The notes beneath the pieces were generated by a model. It saw nothing but the letters and a program-made list of their open reading frames with translations. It was not told the DNA's origin and did not search any database. The position numbers were made by a program, and so were the translations under genes. This document shows positions 57,113 through 64,000 of a stretch of 64,000 nucleotides of DNA, piece by piece; the first letter of the stretch is position 1; each line of letters opens with the position of its first letter. Source of the stretch: Rebecca billardiae RCC1528 (lineage: Eukaryota > Protista > Haptophyta); the NCBI GenBank assembly GCA_965240325.2, contig OZ251235.1:1116001-1180000 (forward strand). The letters are read 5' to 3'.

Positions 57113-58772
57113 GTGCTTGCGCGGCTGCGCGCGCGCGGACCGCGGAGCCGCGTCGTCACGTCGGGCTCCAGCGAGGACGGCGGCGCGAGCCGCTCGTTCG
57201 CGGCGCACGAGCACGAGGCGGTGCTTGAGGGCGGCGAGCGCGTGCGCTACTCCGCGCTGCTCTCCACCGCGCCGCTCGACACGCTTCTTGACTCTGTCCT
57301 TTTTGGCGCAGATCGACTCGCGGGCGCTGACGCTGGCGGTGACGCTGGCGGTGACGCTGGCGGCTACCGTTACGGGTGCGCGACGCGGCTCGCGCAGCTG
57401 GGCGTGCCCGCGCTGCAGCTCGGCGGGCTCTCGGCGGCGGACGCTGAGGCGGTGGTGCGAGGCCGGCTCGGCGCGGCGGGGCGCACGCTCGACGCGCGGC
57501 AGGCCGAGGCGGTGCGCTCGGCACACGGAGAGACGCCGAGCGCGCTGCACGCCGTGCTGCTCGCCGACGCGGCGGCGGAGTGGCGCTCGGGCGAGCCGCC
57601 GCCAGCGCACCTGCCCGCCGACGCGCGCGCCGCCGTCGCCGCCACCTTCGAGCGCGTCGAGCAGCTGCACGGCGCGATGCTCGTGCGTGCGGCGCCATCT
57701 GCGCGTCGCGCCGCGGCCTCTCGAGTGCCGAGCTGGAGTACTCGCTCCCTCTGCACGAGGACGTGCTGGGCGTCCGTGTTCGAGTTCTGGCTGCCGGCGG
57801 TGGTGCGGCTGCCCGTGTGGCTCGCCGTGCGCGACGCGCTCGGCTCGCTGCTCGCCGGCGGCGACGGCCCTTTGCGCTGGTACCACCGTCATCAGGTGGC
57901 CGAGGCGGCGGCGGCACGGTGCGCCCGCCCGGCCGACGCGCACGCGCTCGCGGATTTCTTTCTGGGCTGGCACGTGGGCGGGCGAGGCCGCCAAACCGCT
58001 GCGCCACCCGAAGGCCACCGGCGGCGAGGACGGGCGGCGGCGCGTCGCGCCGCAGCCCCTGCTCCTCTCCGCCGCGCGCCTCGGCCTTCGCCGGCCGCAA
58101 CGCCGCCGTGCTCAATGTGCGCCGGTGCGAGGAGCTAGTGCAAGCGCTGCTCGCGGCCGGGCGCGCGGCCGACGCGGCGCGCGAGCTCACCGACGCGGGC
58201 GCGGACGGGTGGGAGGCGCGCGCGCGGCACGGCCTCGAGACCGAGTACGTGCGCGACCTCGCGGACACGGCCGCGGCGCTCGCCGACGCCGACGCGCGCG
58301 GCGGCGGCGGCGGCGAGCCGGGCGCGGCCGCGCGCGCGGAGGCTGCAGCGCTGCGCGCGCGCGTCGCAGACTGGCTGCAGCTCGCGCGGCTGAGCGCCTC
58401 CGCCGCCGCCGCGGCGCCGGGCCGCTGCCTCGCGCTGTGCCTCGAGCAGCCGGTTGGCTCGGCGCCGCACGAGTCCGCGTGGGCGCGGCGCGCGCCGCGC
58501 GCCGCGCACCCGGCCGCCCGCGCCAGCTGGGCGCGCGGGCGCGAGCACTGCGCGCGAGCGCCCCTGCTCGCCGCGCGCGGGCCGTGCGAGGCTGTGCTGC
58601 TAGCGCACGCCGGCTGGGTGGAGGCGGTCGCACTCTCGGCCGACGGGCGCGTCGCGGCGAGCGCGGGCGACGACAGCGACGCGGTCGTGCGGCTGTGGGC
58701 GTGGGACACCGCCGAGTCAGAGTGCGTGCGCGCGCGCTCGAGGGGCACGCCGGCTGCGTGAAGACTGAATGA
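57113..58772 (+). pseudogene. Frameshifted, truncated NACHT-WD40 (NWD1/NWD2-like) fragment
   Basis: Homologous blocks are spread over three frames: FERVEQLHG, ASRRGLSSAELE...EDVL, SVFEFWLP..VRLP, RWYHR, LADFFLG, RRVAPQPL, NVRRCEEL, and WD40 HAGWVEAVALSADGRVAASAGDD...VRLW. Both ends abut AT-rich sequence. Confidence 0.65.
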
Positions 58773-59082
58773 AGAGCCGCGACACGGCGCAGCCCCCCGA
58801 GGCGGCCGTCGATCGCGTCGATTACTCGCGCCCGCGCCTCCTGCACGGCGACGCGCCGGGCGCGCGCGCGCATCGTGATTCGGTGAAGAACGCGACAACT
58901 ACCAGGGCCGTGCGCCCTCAACTTCGTTGTTTACTACCCGAGGATCGGCGTAGCCGATCATTAACATTATGATACAAAATATCAGTGCCGCTCATGAGTA
59001 TCACTGGCAACTCTTAGTCTTACAGAGTGAGACTTACTCACGTGTCGTGCCTCGTGAGGCCCAGCAGACGTGCGGCGCAGCA

Positions 59083-60636
59083 TCATCGATCCGAGGCCAA
59101 CTCCTCCTCGAAGCGGCGCGCCTGCGCGGAGAGTGCTAGCGGGCGCGGGCCACGCGACGCGGGCGCTTGAGCGCCGCCCTCCGGCCCGGCGTCGGCGCCG
59201 CTTGCAGCCGCACGCGCGCGGAGCATGGCCTCATGCCGCCGCCCGCGCGCGTCCTCAGAAGTTGCACCGAGCAGGGCGGCGGCGGCGGCGCTGCTGCCCG
59301 CGATGGCGGTGTCATCGCGGGCGCCGACGCCACGCTCGCCTGCCCCGCGCACACGACGCAGCTCGTGCAGTGGCCCGATCCCGCCCGGGGCGCCGCCCCG
59401 ACCCCGGCGCCGCGTGGCGTCCAGCTGCGCCGGGCACAGCCGGCGCGCGCACCACTCCAAGAAGCCCGCAACGCCTGCGCCTGTGCGCGCCGAGCACGGG
59501 AGGACGATGGGCGGGGCGGCGCGCACGGCGGAGCCTGCAGCGTCGGCCGGCCGCGCGCGCAGCAGCGCCTCCACCTCCTGCGGCGGGATCGCGCCTCGCA
59601 GGTCGCACTTGTTGGCGAGCACGACAAGCGGCAGCGGCGCCGCGGCCGGGACGGTTGCCTCAGCTGGGCCGACCGCCGGCGGCGCCGCCGGTGCTTGGGC
59701 CGGGCGCCGCGCGCACAGCTCGGCGACGCGCGCGTGCTCGCGCGCCGCGAGCTCGCGGCGCGCGCCGTCGGCCTCGCTCGCGTCCACCACGAACGCCACC
59801 AGCGCCACCTTCCCATCGGCCACGAACCGATCCCAGTACGCGCGCAGCGCGGCCGCGCCGCCCACGTCCATCAGCTCAAGCGAGATCGACGCGAGATCGC
59901 GATCTCCCGCGAGCGAGGGGAGCCAGCTGTGCGGTGGCGCGTCGGCGCGGCCGACGGCGGAGATGTTCGCGCCGGCGGTGCGCTCGGGCGGGGCCGCGCC
60001 CGCGGGCTCGGGCGCGCCCCCGCGCATCGCGCTCGCGCAGAGGCTCGACTTGCCGCTGCCGTCGAGGCCGAGCACGAGGACGCGGCGCGTGGCCGGCGGC
60101 GGCCGCGTCGCGGCGCTGAGGAGGGCGAGCTTGTGCCGCATGGCGCGCAGCTCGGCCTGTTGAGCCGAGACGGCGCTCGCCAAGCGCGCCGTCTCGCGCT
60201 CGCTCGCCTCCTCCACCAGCTGGCGCGCGCCGTCGTCTGCAAGGGCGGCCGCAAGCTGAAGGGGAAGGCGGCCGCTGCGGTCGCGCTGGAGCGCGCTCGC
60301 GCCGTGCGCGAGGAGGCGGCCGATGACGGCGTGCGCGCGGCTCGATTGGAGCGCGAGGTGTAGTGGCGTGTCGCCCGCCTCGTTCGCCGCGTTGGGATCG
60401 GCACCGTGCTGCAGGAGGAAGGCGACCGCGCCATCCTCGCCGTGGTGCGCGGCGTGGTGCAGCGCGGTCGCGCCGTGCGTGTCCACGGCGTGCACGAGCG
60501 AGGGACGCTGACCGCACAGAGAGATGAGCTCGGTCAGCTCGCCCCGCGCGGCGCACGCGAAGAGGCGCAGCTCGCGCGCGCCCACCGACGAATCGTCCCG
60601 CCCGGCGGGGCGCGCCGTCGCGGGGCGGGGCGGCAT
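59083..60636 (-). CDS. Ankyrin repeat-coiled coil-ARF/ARL small GTPase fusion
   Basis: ANK: GATALHHAA, GDTPLHLAL, GRLPLQLAA. G1 VLVLGLDGSGKSS, G2 TAG, G3 DVGGA..LRAYW, FVVDAS, G4 LANKCD, G5 CSARTG. 3' end may be spliced differently. Confidence 0.85.
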   Translation of the reverse strand: MPPRPATARPAGRDDSSVGARELRLFACAARGELTELISLCGQRPSLVHAVDTHGATALHHAAHHGEDGAVAFLLQHGADPNAANEAGDTPLHLALQSSRAHAVIGRLLAHGASALQRDRSGRLPLQLAAALADDGARQLVEEASERETARLASAVSAQQAELRAMRHKLALLSAATRPPPATRRVLVLGLDGSGKSSLCASAMRGGAPEPAGAAPPERTAGANISAVGRADAPPHSWLPSLAGDRDLASISLELMDVGGAAALRAYWDRFVADGKVALVAFVVDASEADGARRELAAREHARVAELCARRPAQAPAAPPAVGPAEATVPAAAPLPLVVLANKCDLRGAIPPQEVEALLRARPADAAGSAVRAAPPIVLPCSARTGAGVAGFLEWCARRLCPAQLDATRRRGRGGAPGGIGPLHELRRVRGAGERGVGARDDTAIAGSSAAAAALLGATSEDARGRRHEAMLRARAAASGADAGPEGGAQAPASRGPRPLALSAQARRFEEELASDR

Positions 60637-60699
60637 AGACGACGGTTGGTCGAAGGTCACTTGGCGTCAGCGCAATCTGCCAATCTGACCACTGTCGCT

Positions 60700-61841
60700 A
60701 AATTCCCCTTTATCGGGCTCCGGGTGATCAGGCTGGCGGCCGAAGCCTCCAGAGGCCACTCGAGCGACTTCGTGTCTGGCGAGGCAGATCGCGCCAGTGC
60801 GTGGCGAGGCAGACGCTCGCCTGCCTCGCCGCTTGGCGAGGCAGCTAAGCTAGTAAAGCCGCGGCGGAACTTTACGAAAGCCAAATGTCTGCCGGTGCGC
60901 CGCCCGTCTTTTGCGCACGGTGACAAGGGCGCGCGAGGGCGCTTCCTCACGATCCCGAAGAGCGCTGCGCGCGGCGTCGCGTTGGCGGCGGCAGCGGCGC
61001 TGGGGTGTATCTTGCCCATTCTGCGTGGCGGCGCGCTCTCATGACGCCTCGGCCGCCGCCACGCCATGCGCGACCGGGCGTGTCGCCTTCTTGACGGGCA
61101 GTGCACACGCCCTTGCAAGCGCACAGCCGTGAAGAGCCGAGAGCGTCCGTCGCGAGCACGCGCCCACGCGGGATGCGTTATGTTGTCACCGAAGCCACCT
61201 TGCGCATGCGCTTCGCCGAGTTCGCCATGCGTTCAGAGCAGTCAAGATCGCTGAACGAGACGGGATGTCATCGGCTGAAATGCAGGTTAGCAGTGCTCAT
61301 CGTGGCTGCTACCCATGGTCATCCTGGCTCGCACATGCCAGAGCGCGAGCATCCAGTGTCATACGAATAGTCCTGGCAACGCATCCCGCGTGGGCGCGTG
61401 CTCGCGACGGACGCTCTCGGCTCTTCACGGCTGTGCGCTTGCAAGGGCGTGTGCACTGCCCGTCAAGAAGGCGACACGCCCGGTCGCGCATGGCGTGGCG
61501 GCGGCCGAGGCGTCATGAGAGCGCGCCGCCACGCAGAATGGGCAAGATACACCCCAGCGCCGCTGCCGCCGCCAACGCGACGCCGCGCGCAGCGCTCTTC
61601 GGGATCGTGAGGAAGCGCCCTCGCGCGCCCTTGTCACCGTGCGCAAAAGACGGGCGGCGCACCGGCAGACATTTGGCTTTCGTAAAGTTCCGCCGCGGCT
61701 TTACTAGCTTAGCTGCCTCGCCAAGCGGCGAGGCAGGCGAGCGTCTGCCTCGCCACGCACTGGCGCGATCTGCCTCGCCAGACACGAAGTCGCTCGAGCG
61801 GCCTCCTCCAGCCCTACCCTGGCCAGCCCCCAACCAACCAA
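60700..61841 (-). mobile_element. Retroposon copy (60700-60751 + 61806-61841) split by a foldback element
   Basis: AAATTCCCCTTTATCGGGCTCCGGGTGATCAGGCTGGCGGCCGAAGCCTCCA ... CTCCAGCCCTACCCTGGCCAGCCCCCAACCAACCA rejoin to the family consensus. Confidence 0.85.
60752..61805. mobile_element. Non-autonomous foldback DNA transposon, 1054 bp: 428-bp near-perfect TIRs, 198-bp spacer, TSD CTCCA
   Basis: Arms 60752-61179 and 61378-61805 are reverse complements (one mismatch seen, at position 7). Ends GAGGCC...GGCCTC. CTCCA at 60747-60751 and 61806-61810; an alternative reading is a 7-bp TSD CCTCCAG. Confidence 0.92.
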
Positions 61842-61876
61842 CTGTGCGAGTGTGCGACACTGCGACTGCGACCACG

Positions 61877-63008
61877 ATGGCTGCCCGAATGGCAACGGCG
61901 TGCGCGGCGGTGATGGCGGTGATGACCCTGCTCGGCGCGCCGTGCTCGGCCGAGGCTGTCCACGTCGGTCTCGGGCGCGACCCGCTCGTCAGGCAGCCGC
62001 GCCTACGTGCTCTGAGTGACGGAGACACGCTGCACACGCGTTCACGCCGTCTCGTGCTTCGAACAGCCACTAGTCTTGCCCTGGGCGCGCTGTGCAGCCC
62101 TAGCTCAGATGTAGCTGCCGCCGCGGAGGGAGGCACACTCGCGTGTGGCGGGTACTGGGACCCGCCGTTGTCGGGTGGAGCTTGCGCCTCTGGCGCTTCG
62201 CAGTCACCCGTCGACATCGCGACAAGCAGCGCGGCTGCCGACAGCACGTGCGTTGCCTTGCGCGCCCATTCGCATGCGCGGATGCCTCCGTGCCTCGCCG
62301 ACCCAACGCGCGCTGCGTGCGTGCGCGCGTGCGCGCGCGCAGGCCAGCATCCAGGCTGCGCATACACTACCCGCCCAGCGCACCCTTCACGTGGGATGGT
62401 CAGAACTGGCAGCTGTGCAACGCCGGCGCAGCGTACGTGAGTGCGCACGGCCGCAGCTATGCGCTGGTCCAATTCCACGCGCACGCGCCCGCGGAGCACA
62501 CCCTGGACCGCAGGCGCGCAGCCGCCGAGCTGCACTTCGTGCACCAGGAGCCGTCGAGTGGGGAGCGCCTCGTGCTCGCAGTCTTCTTGTCCGGCGGCGC
62601 GTCTGACCCGCAGTCGCCATTCCTCGAGCAGCTCGTGCGCTCAGCGCAGGTACGCGCGCGCGCGCGCCCCGTGCCCGGGGCACTGGCGCGCCCTGCGCCA
62701 GCGCGCGCAGGGCGTGCGTAACCCCCGCGCCCCCTGCGCCCACTCAGGGTGACCGCGACACGAAGCACTACATCTCGCTCGCGGCTGGCCCACTGCTTCG
62801 CGGGGTGGTCTCGCATGGCTTCTACCAGTACACTGGCAGCCTGACCACCCCACCGTGCAGCGAGGGCCTCCAGTGGTTTGTGAGCAAGTACGTCGAGCCC
62901 GCGCCCACGTCCCAGGTCTGCCGCGCTGATGCCGGGCGGCACATCTTCAAGCGCGCACGCCCCACCCTGGAGCTGAACGGGCGCCAGGTGCGACAGACGA
63001 TCGAATGA
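61877..63008 (+). CDS. Alpha carbonic anhydrase, probably plastid/thylakoid lumen targeted
   Basis: QSPVDI, QFHAHAPAEH, AELHFVH, LVLAVF, FYQYTGSLTTPPCSEGLQW, ARPTLELNGRQV. Introns at 62248-62342 and 62650-62747. Signal peptide plus SRRLVL twin-Arg and AAA site. Confidence 0.9.
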
Positions 63009-63115
63009 TGACACTGCTGCTGAGTGCTCATGCATGAATGCGCAGTCATATGAATACATATATGTCGATATGACGAAGATATAAGCTACTGGCTATACAG
63101 ATATGCTGAGCAGTC

Positions 63116-63176
63116 ATGGCGCATGCCCCCCCCGAAAGGTCTGAGCGTGAGCGAAAGCCGGGGGGGGCGGCGCACG
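63116..63176. repeat. Second copy of the 60-bp structured repeat
   Basis: Matches 56040-56100 with about 3 differences. Confidence 0.85.
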
Positions 63177-64000
63177 ATATGCTACTGGCAACTGCGCGAG
63201 CTCACCTGACAATAATGGTCCATCGACTTCGAGCGGCAGCATACAGTAGTCGGTGACAGTAGCTAGGCTACTCAACTGACTGAGTGACTGCATGAGTGTG
63301 TCGTTGACGTCTTGGTCGACAGGAGGCACCCCCGCCTGACCGATGGCTGCAGTAGAGAGTGACGACAGCACTACGGAGAAAGAGTAGTCAGTGAGTCAGC
63401 AGCTGAATATGTGATTTGAACGAGCGACGACGACGGCTCTGCTGCTTACCCGGGTGCTGTGATCAGGCCAGAGTCTGAGTCTCACTCGGGCCCAGAGCGC
63501 AGATCGGTGCCTGAGCTGTGAGCAGAGTGCACACGTGAAGATAGCTGACCATCTAGGGATCGAATTGTGCAACCGGTGACCGACCTGCACAGCCCTACAT
63601 ATCTATCTGCAACGTCATGAGCGCATCCCGGGACCGATTCGATCATGACGACGATGTCAACCGACGACGAATCACGAAGTTTCACGACGGACGAATAGGT
63701 TAATTGTAATTTATTTTGTGGCCCGCGGTGCAGGGCGGAGCGCGCAGCGTGGAGCCCGCACCAGCGGGCCCGAACCACGTTTCAAAAAGATCTTTGATCA
63801 AGAAAAAAGGGACGGGGGGCGATTTTTAGGGCTGGCGGAGACCGAGTTTCGAGTTTTTGAGATCGCATAGAGAGGTCTATTAGGCCGAAAATAACCGCGC
63901 CCAGCTGATTCCCTTAAGTAAAGTGCGATCTGGACGTCAGCTGGACGTGACATTAGTGTAACGGTTCGTTACGAGCGCGATTTTGTGGGTAGACTCTCGT

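Noticed and set aside
57081-63917. TTAAGGGA ... TCCCTTAA as ends of one large TTAA-type transposon
   Set aside because: Similarity stops after 8 bp, and the interior holds ordinary host genes and no transposase.

Overview
This is a eukaryotic, very GC-rich, gene-dense window with short GT-AG introns (typically GTGCGC...GCTGAC/GCTCAC...GCGCAG). Signal-peptide-led plastid and thylakoid proteins and a CBS/PB1-tailed myosin point to an alga with a secondary plastid. A pavlovophyte haptophyte such as Diacronema is my best inference, not verified. About 17 genes are supported: LRR/Pro-stalk surface receptor, MFS transporter, GT4-GT32 fusion, DHX29-like helicase, EsV-1-7-type Cys/His repeat protein, Kelch protein, lumenal TPM protein, VAT-1-like and PGR-like oxidoreductases, an unknown membrane protein, MIC19-like, USP39/Sad1, a CAMK-like pseudokinase, an FMN alpha-hydroxy-acid oxidase, myosin-CBS-PB1, ankyrin-ARL and alpha carbonic anhydrase. 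There is also a frameshifted NWD-like pseudogene. The most striking gene is an intronless, probably organelle-targeted, single-chain fusion of the bacterial UvrC RNase H/HhH nuclease half, a complete UvrB helicase core and an HRDC domain (43919-48487). Intergenic regions hold many mobile-DNA traces: a poly(A)-tailed retroposon family (4 copies), a 1054-bp foldback element inserted into one copy with an apparent excision scar at the same site in another, a solo LTR, a MITE and a P-element-like excision footprint. All calls come from reading motifs by eye; no searches were run. No rRNA, tRNA or CRISPR array was recognised.
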